The position numbers and the translations under genes were made by a program. 64,000 nt of DNA, from assembly GCA_945864585.1 (NCBI GenBank), contig CAMBCF010000003.1, positions 7,443 to 71,442 of the forward strand, read 5' to 3'. The notes beneath the pieces were generated by a model. The model was not told the origin of the DNA. It saw nothing but the letters and a program-made list of their open reading frames with translations, and made no database searches. Position 1 is the first letter of the stretch, and each line of letters begins with the position of its first letter. Source of the stretch: Bordetella parapertussis. GTDB taxonomy: Bacteria > Pseudomonadota > Gammaproteobacteria > Burkholderiales > SG8-41. Positions 8,931-17,742 of this stretch are shown in pieces.

Positions 8931-10004
8931 TCAGCGCAAATCGGCAATTCGCGGTGCAACCTCTTCGGCGAGTAGCCGCAGGCTCTCGTGATCCCAGGCG
9001 GGATCGTCTGAATCGGCAGTCACGCTGAGCAAGGTGCCAAAGCCACCGACCGTTTCGTACAGCGCGCGGATCTTATCAGCACACTGTTGTGGGTCTCCTA
9101 CGATCCACAGATTTTCCATCAGATAGTCGACGTCGATGTCGTCATCGGCCATCGACGGATCGAGTTTCATGATTTGCATCTGGATGGTGCCGGCGCGGCT
9201 CGGCCGTTGATGCACATCGTAATTGCGGCCAAGCACGGTGCGCGCGCGTTCACGGGCAATTTCGGGTGTCGGCCCGACAAAAATGTCGCGGGCAATTTTC
9301 CAGTCGCTGCGATTCGGCGTCAGGCCCGCGCTGTTCGCGCCCTCGACCACGGTCTCCCAGTGGCCTGGCAGAAACACGCTCGACAACAACGAACTCGACA
9401 TCGGCGACCAGCCGCGCGCGCCTGCGACTTTCAGCGAACCGGATCGCGGCGTGCTCGCGGCCATTGCGATCGGAGGATGCGGCAACTGCATCGGTTTCAT
9501 GTGCAGTCCGCGTTCGGTCACGGGATTGAATTTCGGCGCCTTGATGTGGAAAAACTCGCCCTGATGCGAAAACGAGCTGTCGCTTTGCCAAAGCCCGAGC
9601 ACCACCTCGAGCGCTTCGGTCGCGCGGCCGCGCGCCTCAGCCGGGTCAAGTCCCATCAACACCATGTCGGTCGGAATCCCGCCAAGCCCGATCCCCCAGT
9701 TGAAGCGCCCGCGCGCCAGGTGATCGAGCATCGCCACCCGATGTGCGAGATACACCGGCTCGTGCATGGCGAGCAAGGTTACCCCGGTGCCGAAACGAAT
9801 CCGTTTGGTCAACGCCAGCGCTTTCGCAATCAACAGATCGGGCGACGGTGCATTCTCCCATTTCTCGGTGAAGTGTTCACCGAGCCAGGCTTCGTCGAAC
9901 CCCAACTTGTCGGCCAACACCAACTGATCGATATCGCGGTCGTAGCAATCGGCAATCGCGCGATAGGACGGATGCAAGGGCATCATGAACAGGCCAAGGC
10001 GCAT
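8931..10004 (-). CDS. LLM class (luciferase-like) flavin-dependent oxidoreductase
   Basis: MRLGLFMMPLH..., EAWLGEHF, and a TIM-barrel-like pattern typical of LLM family proteins; 357 aa. Confidence 0.8.
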   Translation of the reverse strand: MRLGLFMMPLHPSYRAIADCYDRDIDQLVLADKLGFDEAWLGEHFTEKWENAPSPDLLIAKALALTKRIRFGTGVTLLAMHEPVYLAHRVAMLDHLARGRFNWGIGLGGIPTDMVLMGLDPAEARGRATEALEVVLGLWQSDSSFSHQGEFFHIKAPKFNPVTERGLHMKPMQLPHPPIAMAASTPRSGSLKVAGARGWSPMSSSLLSSVFLPGHWETVVEGANSAGLTPNRSDWKIARDIFVGPTPEIARERARTVLGRNYDVHQRPSRAGTIQMQIMKLDPSMADDDIDVDYLMENLWIVGDPQQCADKIRALYETVGGFGTLLSVTADSDDPAWDHESLRLLAEEVAPRIADLR

Positions 10005-10378
10005 GGGCGAAAGTCCTTAAAGGCAAAAGATTGAGGTCGGCATTCCAAGCAACAGTGCACCGTGTTTCGCCGAGAATTCTTTTAGATTGCGTTCGAGCGT
10101 ATTGTCGCGAATTTGCCGGTGCTTGAGGCCAGTGATTTGCCGCTACATGGGGCCATTTGAATATGACGTTTTCTTGTCGTGGACGGGTTGGTTATAGTCT
10201 GTTTTTGGTTTCTTGACAATCGTTGGAACGTGCGGTGCTGTAGCGGTTATCTACAGGTGTTCGCCCAGCGACTGCTTACCGGAAAAATAGGCCCCGCCGG
10301 CGAGTGGCTCAGACCGGCCAGGAACAGACGGTCAGGCTTTCGAAAAGCAGACGTTGAATTCGAAGGCCGTGGATGGTA

Positions 10379-10546
10379 CTACGCAAATTCCTCTGCGAGT
10401 TGGTGACGGGCTTCCTGGACAAATCGTTCAGTAATCGGGGACGAGTCGCCGAATACCTCCAATGTTCTGAAGCGGGCGAGACCGATCTTGTCAATAGTGC
10501 TTTGATTCAGTAGTCGGTGGGCGAAATGTTGGATGTCGTTAAGCAT
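10379..10546 (-). CDS. Hypothetical 55-aa protein (below the ORF-track cutoff)
   Basis: My translation: MLNDIQHFAHRLLNQSTIDKIGLARFRTLEVFGDSSPITERFVQEARHQLAEEFA; GGAGG 8 nt upstream of the ATG; T-run after a weak hairpin downstream. Confidence 0.35.
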   Translation of the reverse strand: MLNDIQHFAHRLLNQSTIDKIGLARFRTLEVFGDSSPITERFVQEARHQLAEEFA

Positions 10547-11114
10547 GCCAAGTACCTCCGTGTCGCCGTAATTACAATTCCGTAACCGTCACCGACTCGG
10601 CGGTTCAGTCCAACCAGGTTTATCCGCCGCCATTGTCGCCCGCGGCGGGACTCGACGTGTTTGGGGCGGCAGATACGCCAGTGACCGCTTTCGTTGCGGA
10701 GCTGTCAATCGGCTGCGAAGTTGTGAGCGTCTCTTCAGGGTCGGGTACGCCTATAGCCTGAAGTAACAAGCGCCCGTTCGAGAATACTTTCTCACCTACG
10801 TCTGCTGACCTGCGCATTGCAGCCGTTGGTGTGTCAGAACTTCAATTACCACATTGGCCGAGTTGCACGCATACCCTGTGCGGCAGGTTTCTGGATGAAG
10901 CTGCCTCTCTACTGATTGCTCCGCGGAAGCGACGAGGCGCTGCTCATGGCCGGTAGCACGCAGTCGAGATGATGCCAGAAACCGGCCGCAGTATGCCGGT
11001 GCGGTCGCCAGGATGAGCTCATAAGCAAGCGATTGATGCGCGCGACGAAACCCTGCTACAGTTCGTGACTGCGGACGCTTCGCGCCCGCCATGTTCAACA
11101 AGGGAGCGCACCTC

Positions 11115-11660
11115 ATGACCCCCGCGTACAATTCCTTCCTGACCGACGAAGTCAAGGCCTTCATTGGCGTGGAAACCGACTGGAGCGCCTATTCCGACCC
11201 CATCTCGCCCTCCGAAGTCCGCCGCTTCGTCCACGCCATTATGGATGACAACCCCCTGTACTACGACGAGGCGTACGCGCGCGGCACCAAGTACGGGGAG
11301 GTGGTCTGTCCTCCCCTCTATGCTTCGTTCGCCGTTCGGCGCGCGCATGGCGCCCCGGACCCGCTCGACCGTCTCAAGACCGACCGCGACTGGGATGCCT
11401 ACGGTGGCGGCGGCGCTAATCGACAGGTCCTTCCGCGCGTGCCGCACGGCTTCCAACGCATGGTCAACGGGGGCGCGGAAATCGATCTCTACAAGCGCAT
11501 TCGGCCTGGCAAGCGCGTCCGCACGAAGGCTCGTTACCATGACATCCGGGAACGCATCGGCAGCACAGGCCCTATGGCAATCGTCATCGCCGAGACGATC
11601 TTCCAGGACGACGACGGCGACCTAATCGCGCGAGCACGGCAGACCGCCATTTTTCGCTAA
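11115..11660 (+). CDS. MaoC-family dehydratase, N-terminal-type hotdog subunit
   Basis: ORF 11091..11660 trimmed to the ATG at 11115 (AGGGAG upstream); paired with the following MaoC-like gene, as in two-subunit enoyl-CoA hydratases. Confidence 0.7.
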   Translation: MTPAYNSFLTDEVKAFIGVETDWSAYSDPISPSEVRRFVHAIMDDNPLYYDEAYARGTKYGEVVCPPLYASFAVRRAHGAPDPLDRLKTDRDWDAYGGGGANRQVLPRVPHGFQRMVNGGAEIDLYKRIRPGKRVRTKARYHDIRERIGSTGPMAIVIAETIFQDDDGDLIARARQTAIFR

Positions 11661-11697
11661 TCCCGACAACGCGCGACAACTCACGGAGTCACCTCAA

Positions 11698-12180
11698 ATG
11701 GGATATGCAACGCAGCGCTACTTCGACGACGTCAAGGTCGGGGACGCGCTTACCCCCGTGGAGAAGGGACCGATGAGTCCGGCGCACATCATGCGCTGGT
11801 CTGCGTCAACCGAGAATTGGCATCGGATCCACTATGACTACCCCTTTACCACCGGCCATGACAAGAACCCCGGCCTTCTCATCAACGGTTCCTGGAAACA
11901 GCACCTCCTCGCCCAGATGCTCGACGAATGGGCCGGCCTCGAAGGCTGGGTGGCGAAGATTTCTTTCCAGTACCGCGCCATGAACATCGAATGGGAAACC
12001 CTCACCGCATGGGGAAGAGTAACCAATACCTACGAGAAGGATGGGCTCGGCATCGTCGAGTGCGAGACCGGCATTCGCAACGACAGCGGCCTCGAAAGCA
12101 CACCCGGCTCCGCGGTCATCATCCTGCCGATAAGGAATGGCAAAGCCGTGCCTTACCCCTACTCATCACTCGAAAGCTGA
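11698..12180 (+). CDS. MaoC-like (R)-specific enoyl-CoA hydratase / acyl dehydratase hotdog subunit
   Basis: 160 aa; NWHRIHYD motif region typical of the MaoC dehydratase domain; GGAG SD. Confidence 0.7.
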   Translation: MGYATQRYFDDVKVGDALTPVEKGPMSPAHIMRWSASTENWHRIHYDYPFTTGHDKNPGLLINGSWKQHLLAQMLDEWAGLEGWVAKISFQYRAMNIEWETLTAWGRVTNTYEKDGLGIVECETGIRNDSGLESTPGSAVIILPIRNGKAVPYPYSSLES

Positions 12181-12270
12181 GCAGCCCGGTTAATGTCACT
12201 TGCAGCTACCGCTGCGTGATTGGGGTCAGGTAAGATTTGATGATCGTATTCTCTGAAACAATTGACGCCT

Positions 12271-13101
12271 ATGACATCTGTTCACGCCAAGAGCCATACC
12301 ATTGTTCGCGATGACGTTAAGCTGCATCATCTGGATTGGGGTAATGCGGGCCTGCACCCGATTGTGCTGGTGCATGGCAGCCGTCTGCACGCGCATGTCT
12401 GGAACAACTTCAGCTACCGCTTTAAGGATCGCTTTCACATCGTCGCCATCGATCAGCGCGGGCACGGTGACAGCGGGTGGTGTACGCGTAGCCGTTATGA
12501 CTTGGAGGATTTCTACCAGGATTTGCGGGCAGTGGTCGCGGCGCGTGGTCTCACCCGCTTCACCTTGATCGGTCACTCGCTTGGCGGGCGCGTATCGATG
12601 CTTTATGCCTCGCGTCATCACCAACAACTGAAGCGCCTGGTGCTGGTCGATATTACACCGGGGCGCCCAGCTGCTGCAGCAGGCGCCGACATTTCGCGCG
12701 TTACCGAAACGCGGGGGCCGCGCGATTTTGAATCTGAAGCACATGCAAAGGCGTATCTGGGAAAATTGTTGTCCCGCGCGCCGGCGCATATGATAGAAGA
12801 AAGCGTGCGTTACGGCATGCGCCCAATAGCCGAGGGCCGCTATACCTGGAAGTACGATCCTGCGTTGCTGAAGCGCACGCCAGCCACACTCGATCTCTGG
12901 GACATGGTCAAATCCATCCCGACATCGACGCTCTTACAGTACGGCAGCCACAGCAATGTCGTGTCGCCTGAACTGGCGGAACGGCTCAAGCAGACGATGC
13001 CTCAGTGCACAGTCGAGCGGATCGAAAATGCGGGGCACGCACTGTTCACCGATCAGCCCGACGCTTTCGCGGCGAGTGTGGAACGATTTTTGAGGGAGTA
13101 A
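12271..13101 (+). CDS. Alpha/beta hydrolase fold protein
   Basis: VLVHGSRLH, GHSLGG nucleophile elbow, NAGHALF near the C-terminus; ATG at 12271 inside ORF 12262..13101. Confidence 0.8.
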   Translation: MTSVHAKSHTIVRDDVKLHHLDWGNAGLHPIVLVHGSRLHAHVWNNFSYRFKDRFHIVAIDQRGHGDSGWCTRSRYDLEDFYQDLRAVVAARGLTRFTLIGHSLGGRVSMLYASRHHQQLKRLVLVDITPGRPAAAAGADISRVTETRGPRDFESEAHAKAYLGKLLSRAPAHMIEESVRYGMRPIAEGRYTWKYDPALLKRTPATLDLWDMVKSIPTSTLLQYGSHSNVVSPELAERLKQTMPQCTVERIENAGHALFTDQPDAFAASVERFLRE

Positions 13102-13116
13102 GGGACTCCGTGCTGA

Positions 13117-13759
13117 CTATGCAGCGACCGCTTCCTGCTGCGCCACCGTCGGTGCATGCCCCATGAGCGTGGTCCGGCGCACGTCGCGCGCTTCGTCGGC
13201 CGGGAACGGCCGCCCGCGATGCATGGTCTGGCGGTTATCCCACATCACGAGGTCATGCACTTGCCACTGATGTGAATAGACGAATTCGCGTTGTGTCGCG
13301 TGTTCAGTCAGATCGCGCAGCAGCAACCGTGCCTCCGGCAGTTACCAGCCGAGTATGGCGCCGGCGTGGGACGACAGGTCGATCGATTTGCGACCGGTGC
13401 GGGGCAGGATGCGCACCAGCCGCTGGCGCACGGGCCCGAAAAAGGCGTTTGCGATCATCGCGCGCGTACGGCTGGTTGTTGCCGTCGAGATTCGAGACAT
13501 CGTTGAAGGCTTCCGGCAGCCTGAAATCCGCGCGCTTGCGCATGGCGTTTTTTTGGCTGGTTTCGAGCGGCCCCAGCGCCAGCGTGAACGCCATATGCTG
13601 CTCGTTGGTGAGGGACTGGCCGTGAAATACCAACACCGCGTGGCGGTCCATGCCGTGGTGAATTTCCTCCGCTTGAGCGGGGGTCAAAGGCTCACGCAGA
13701 TCGATGCCGTCAACCTCGGCGCCGATACAGGGTCCAAGCGGGCGAATCCGGATAGACAT
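13117..13759 (-). pseudogene. TauD/TfdA-family Fe(II)/2-oxoglutarate dioxygenase remnant (internal deletion plus frameshift plus in-frame TAA)
   Basis: N-terminal about 105 aa (MSIRIRPLGPCIGAEVDGIDL...) in one frame. C-terminal part (..RTGRKSIDLSSHAGAILGW*LPEARLLLRDLTEH..DLVMWDNRQTMHR) in another frame, with TAA at 13342-13344. About 214 codons in total, and the HxD iron motif region is missing. Confidence 0.75.
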
Positions 13760-13781
13760 GATGCGAATCTCCTTGAAGCTG

Positions 13782-13800
13782 GTATATTATAGTAATATAC
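13782..13800 (+). promoter_or_regulatory. Perfect palindrome GTATATTA-TAG-TAATATAC overlapping -10-like TATATT/TAATAT, 5 nt upstream of brnT
   Basis: Read directly; its position fits an autoregulatory operator of the TA operon. Confidence 0.45.
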
Positions 13801-13804
13801 GATT

Positions 13805-14104
13805 ATGACTAATCTAGCGAAGATCACAGGGTTCGACTGGGACGAAGGGAATGCCCGGAAGAATGAAAAACATGGGGTCTCGTCAGCAGAAGCCGAGCAG
13901 GTATTTTTCAATGTTCCTCTACTTCTGCTGGAAGACGTCAAGCACAGTAATCAGGAATCGCGGTTTCACGCGTTAGGCAAGACCGACCAGGAACGCCTGC
14001 TGCATATAGCGTTTACGTTGCGGGAAGCGGGCGCGAAAATCCGGGTGATCGCGGCCCGCGACATGCACCGAAAGGAGCGAGTGATTTATGAGCAAACTGC
14101 CTAA
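13805..14104 (+). CDS. brnT: BrnT family type II toxin (DUF497-like ribonuclease toxin)
   Basis: FDWDEGNARKNEKHGVS motif; 99 aa; overlaps the downstream antitoxin gene by 17 nt. Confidence 0.8.
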   Translation: MTNLAKITGFDWDEGNARKNEKHGVSSAEAEQVFFNVPLLLLEDVKHSNQESRFHALGKTDQERLLHIAFTLREAGAKIRVIAARDMHRKERVIYEQTA

Positions 14105-14354
14105 AGCCGTGCCGAAATTCACCAGTGAGGCCGCAGAAAGAGCCTTCTGGGAATCGCACGATTCGACCGAATACCTCGATTGGAGCAAGGCCCGGAAAGC
14201 GGTGCTGCCTAATTTGAAACCGACCACGAAGACGATTTCATTGCGACTGCCGCAGCATCTGCTGGATTCGCTCAAAGCAGCGGCTAACGCGCGCGATGTG
14301 CCTTACCAGTCATTGATTAAAGTTTGGCTGCAGGAAAAGCTGCGCAGTCATTGA
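14088..14354 (+). CDS. brnA: BrnA family antitoxin (CopG/RHH-like C-terminus)
   Basis: 88 aa; ISLRLPQHLLDSLKAAANARDVPYQSLIKVWLQEKL is typical of the BrnA C-terminus. Confidence 0.8.
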   Translation: MSKLPKAVPKFTSEAAERAFWESHDSTEYLDWSKARKAVLPNLKPTTKTISLRLPQHLLDSLKAAANARDVPYQSLIKVWLQEKLRSH

Positions 14355-14358
14355 TGCG

Positions 14359-15345
14359 ATGCGAGCCGTATTATCTTTCGCGCAGTGGTGCAGCGCGGCG
14401 TTGTGCATGACCGTAGGAATCGCATTTGCCGCCCAGCCCGCACAACTAACGCAGCTCTACCCCAGCAAACCCATCCGCCTGATCACCGCCGCCACCCCAG
14501 GCTCCGGCCCCGAAGTGATTGCGCGCCACCTCGCGGCCAAACTCACCGAAGCGTGGGGCCAGCAGGTGGTGGTTGATCCACGGCCCGGCGCCACCGGCAT
14601 GATCAGCGGCGACCTTGTCGGCAAGTCCGCACCCGATGGCTACACCCTGTGGTTCGCGACCTCGACGCAGTTGCTCGGCTCGATGATGTTTCAGCGCAAC
14701 TGGATGGCGAAGGACTATGCGCCGATCGGCATGTTGTCGAGCACGGCGTTTGCCATTGCAGTCAATGGCGGTGTGCCGGCCAATACCATTGCGGAATTCA
14801 TCGCTTACGCCAAAGTGCGGCCGGGCAAGTTGTTGTTTGGGTCGAATGGCCAGGGATCAACTTCGCATATGTGCACGGAGCTGTTTCAGAAGCTTGCCGG
14901 CATCAGCATGGTTCATGTGGCCTACAAAGGCGGCACACCGACGCTGGTGGACCTCGCAGGTGGGCAGATACATCTGTCCTGTCAGCCGCTGCCTTCACTG
15001 CCCACCTATGTGAAAGCCGGCCGCGTGCGCACGCTCGGCGTGGGGACTTTGAAGCGCACGCGGCTCGCGCCCGATGTGCCGGTGATCGCCGAAACGCTGG
15101 CGGGATTCGAGGTGCTCGGCTGGCACGGCCTGCTCGCGCCGCTGCACACACCGAAGGACATCATCGCCAAAGTAAACGCCACGGCGACCCAGGTGATACT
15201 GAGCGCGGATATGCAGGAGCGCCTGCTGCCGTTGGGCGTGGAGCCTGCACCGTCCACGCCGGCGGAATTTGTCGCGCGCCTGCACGCCGAGACCAACAAG
15301 TGGTCAAAATTGATGAAGGACGCGAATATCCGGCCCACAGAGTAG
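14359..15345 (+). CDS. Bug family (TctC-like) substrate-binding protein
   Basis: Signal peptide, YPSKPIRLITAATPGSGPE, APDGYT; 328 aa. Confidence 0.85.
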   Translation: MRAVLSFAQWCSAALCMTVGIAFAAQPAQLTQLYPSKPIRLITAATPGSGPEVIARHLAAKLTEAWGQQVVVDPRPGATGMISGDLVGKSAPDGYTLWFATSTQLLGSMMFQRNWMAKDYAPIGMLSSTAFAIAVNGGVPANTIAEFIAYAKVRPGKLLFGSNGQGSTSHMCTELFQKLAGISMVHVAYKGGTPTLVDLAGGQIHLSCQPLPSLPTYVKAGRVRTLGVGTLKRTRLAPDVPVIAETLAGFEVLGWHGLLAPLHTPKDIIAKVNATATQVILSADMQERLLPLGVEPAPSTPAEFVARLHAETNKWSKLMKDANIRPTE

Positions 15346-15430
15346 CCGCTATACGGGCGTACGGTATACAGTCAGACTGTTGAGTAGCGCCATCTGTTCC
15401 GTCGCTACGAATTTAACGAAAGGGGAGACC

Positions 15431-15657
15431 ATGAAGCAGTTACTGGCCGCGGCATTGCTGTCGTGTGGATGCGCCATGACGTGGGCGCAAACCGCTAACG
15501 AGTTGATCAACAATGGCAAAAACCCGGAGCACGTGCTGAACTCCGGCAATATGTGACGGTGCTCTCCGGGAGAGGCGGCAGTTCCTCGGCGCGCTACACC
15601 AGAAATACGGTGCCCACCGGTGGTTCGGTATGGACGTTCGCGCTAATGCAGGACTAA
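15431..15657 (+). pseudogene. Deletion remnant of a second PQQ-dependent alcohol dehydrogenase (N-terminal 41 codons joined out of frame to C-terminal 32 codons)
   Basis: 15431-15556: MKQLLAAALLSCGCAMTWAQTANELINNGKNPEHVLNSGNM*. 15559-15657: VLSGRGGSSSARYTRNTVPTGGSVWTFALMQD*, which parallels the last residues of the intact enzyme (VLSGRGASNPSRSAGAFVPTGGSAWTFALMPD*). Confidence 0.75.
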
Positions 15658-15664
15658 ACAGACG

Positions 15665-15979
15665 ATGACGGCGATCAAGAACATGTGCTGTTGGATGCTG
15701 CTGGCTTGCGCCAGCGCGCAGGCGCAGAACACGCCGGTCACACCCGAGCAAATCAAAGCGGGCGCGGAAATCTACGCCGCCAACTGCGCAACCTGCCACG
15801 GCAACCGCATGAAAAATCCGGAATGGGCGCTCGATCTGGCGACGATACCGAAGGACGACCGCATGCGGTTTATTCAGTCGGTGACGCTCGGCAAGAACAG
15901 CATGCCGCCGTGGGGCGATGTATTAAAGCCCGCAGATGTCGAGGCTTTGTGGGCGTATTTTTCGACAGCGGAGAAGTAA
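15665..15979 (+). CDS. Small periplasmic c-type cytochrome (class I)
   Basis: Signal peptide, single CATCH heme motif, downstream NSMPPWG (Met ligand region); sits directly upstream of the PQQ dehydrogenase. Confidence 0.8.
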   Translation: MTAIKNMCCWMLLACASAQAQNTPVTPEQIKAGAEIYAANCATCHGNRMKNPEWALDLATIPKDDRMRFIQSVTLGKNSMPPWGDVLKPADVEALWAYFSTAEK

Positions 15980-16012
15980 TTCAGGATTACCAAAATTACC
16001 CAGGGGAGAACG

Positions 16013-17686
16013 ATGATGAAAAAGTTGTTGACGGGTTTATTGATGAGCGCGTGTTGCGCATTAAGCGTATTAAGTTATGCCCAAACCGCGGAGGAACTGC
16101 TCACCGACGGCAGGAACACGGACAACGTGCTGTCCCACGGCATGGGTTACGACGCGCGGAGCTGGAGCGCGTTGAAGCAAATCAACAAGTCGAATGTGAG
16201 GCGGCTGGTGCCGGTGTGGAACTTTAGCCTCGCCAACGACATGGGCGAACTGTCGCAGCCGACGATTTACAACGGCGTGATGTATGTGGTGAACGGCAAC
16301 TGGACGTTCGCCATCGACGTTGCGAGCGGCCGGCAAATCTGGCGCACGCCGGTGAACTATGACCGTGCGGCGCTGCGCGTCACCACCGGCGGCGCCTATC
16401 TGCGCGGTCACGCCACTATCTACAACGGCAAACTGTTCCGGCAAAACATCGACGGCCATGTGGCTGCGCTGGACATGAAAACCGGCAAGGAATTGTGGAA
16501 AACAAAATTCGGCGAATGGAAAGAAAGCTATGGCGGCATCGTGCAACCCATGATCGCCAACGGCGTGCTGATTTCGGGTATGGCGGGCGGCGATCGTACC
16601 GCACGTGGTTTTATTGATGGTTATGATCCGGATACCGGCAAGCAACTGTGGCGGCGCTGGACCATCCCCGCGCCGGGCGAGCCCGGTTCCGAGACCTGGC
16701 CGAACGATACGCTGCCCGACGCGTGGAAGTATGGCGGCGGCGCGACCTGGCAGCCGGTTACTTATGATCCGGAACTTGATCTCGTTTTTGTCGGCACCGG
16801 CAACGCCGAGCCGTACAACCCGAAATACCGCGTGGGCATGGACAGCCTGTTTGCGGCGAGTGTGATCGCGATCAAGCCCAAGACCGGCGAAATGGTGTGG
16901 CATTATCAATTTCTGCCGAACGACAGTTTCGACTTCGACGCCACCGCAGAGAACATCGTTGCCGACATACAAGTCGAAGGCAAGCCGCGCAAGGTGCTGA
17001 TCAACGTCAACAAGAACGGTTTCGTTTACGTGCTCGATCGCACCAACGGCAAGGTAATCGCCGCGCATCCTTTCACCAATCAAAACTGGGCGAAGTATAT
17101 TGATCTGAAAACCGGCAGGCCGGTGCTCACCGATCTGCTGGACCGCGCGATCAAAGGCGAGACCATCGATTTAAATCCGCGGCTCGGCACCAATGCGACG
17201 CTGTCGGCGTACAACCAGAGAACCGGCATGCTTTATCTGAATTCGTGGGAAATTTTCCGCGTGATGAAATTCGTGGATGTGAAGCTGCAGATCGGCCAGA
17301 GCTACACCGGCATCGAGACCAGTTCCAAGATTCCGGACATCACGGGATATCATATCGCGATGAATCCGCTGACCGGCAGGGTGGCGTGGAAAATACCGTT
17401 GCGCGACTTTGCTGTGTCTGCCGGCACGCTGGGTACCGATGGCGGATTGTTGTTTACCGGCAAACTCACCGGCGAAGTCATTGCACTCGATCAGGACAGC
17501 GGCAAACAGTTGTGGCAGTTCAAGACCGGCTCCAGCGTCAATGCGCCGCCGATCACCTACACGCATAAAGGTGTGCAGTACGTAACGGTGTTGTCGGGAC
17601 GCGGCGCCAGCAACCCCAGCCGCTCGGCGGGCGCTTTCGTGCCCACCGGCGGTTCGGCGTGGACGTTTGCACTGATGCCGGATTAA
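16013..17686 (+). CDS. PQQ-dependent dehydrogenase, methanol/ethanol family (divergent, short, Cys-free)
   Basis: Signal peptide; propeller repeats; GTGNAEPYNP and NDSFDFD active-site blocks; KNGFVYVLDRTNGK; 557 aa. Confidence 0.85.
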   Translation: MMKKLLTGLLMSACCALSVLSYAQTAEELLTDGRNTDNVLSHGMGYDARSWSALKQINKSNVRRLVPVWNFSLANDMGELSQPTIYNGVMYVVNGNWTFAIDVASGRQIWRTPVNYDRAALRVTTGGAYLRGHATIYNGKLFRQNIDGHVAALDMKTGKELWKTKFGEWKESYGGIVQPMIANGVLISGMAGGDRTARGFIDGYDPDTGKQLWRRWTIPAPGEPGSETWPNDTLPDAWKYGGGATWQPVTYDPELDLVFVGTGNAEPYNPKYRVGMDSLFAASVIAIKPKTGEMVWHYQFLPNDSFDFDATAENIVADIQVEGKPRKVLINVNKNGFVYVLDRTNGKVIAAHPFTNQNWAKYIDLKTGRPVLTDLLDRAIKGETIDLNPRLGTNATLSAYNQRTGMLYLNSWEIFRVMKFVDVKLQIGQSYTGIETSSKIPDITGYHIAMNPLTGRVAWKIPLRDFAVSAGTLGTDGGLLFTGKLTGEVIALDQDSGKQLWQFKTGSSVNAPPITYTHKGVQYVTVLSGRGASNPSRSAGAFVPTGGSAWTFALMPD

Positions 17687-17692
17687 TTGCTG

Positions 17693-17722
17693 CGCCCTCC
17701 CTCGCGTTAGCGAAGGAGGGCG
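17693..17722. terminator. Bidirectional intrinsic terminator between convergent genes
   Basis: CGCCCTCCCTCGC-GTTA-GCGAAGGAGGGCG (12 of 13 bp paired) followed by TATTT. Confidence 0.6.
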
Positions 17723-17742
17723 TATTTGCAGCGGCGTAATGA

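Noticed and set aside
10620-11164. The two overlapping minus-strand ORFs (122 aa and 65 aa) as confident CDS features
   Set aside because: They have no SD, low third-position GC, low-complexity sequence and no recognisable family. They are reported only as part of the AT-rich-patch finding.
16070-17083. 337-aa minus-strand ORF inside the PQQ dehydrogenase gene
   Set aside because: It is an antisense shadow of a gene with clear family motifs.
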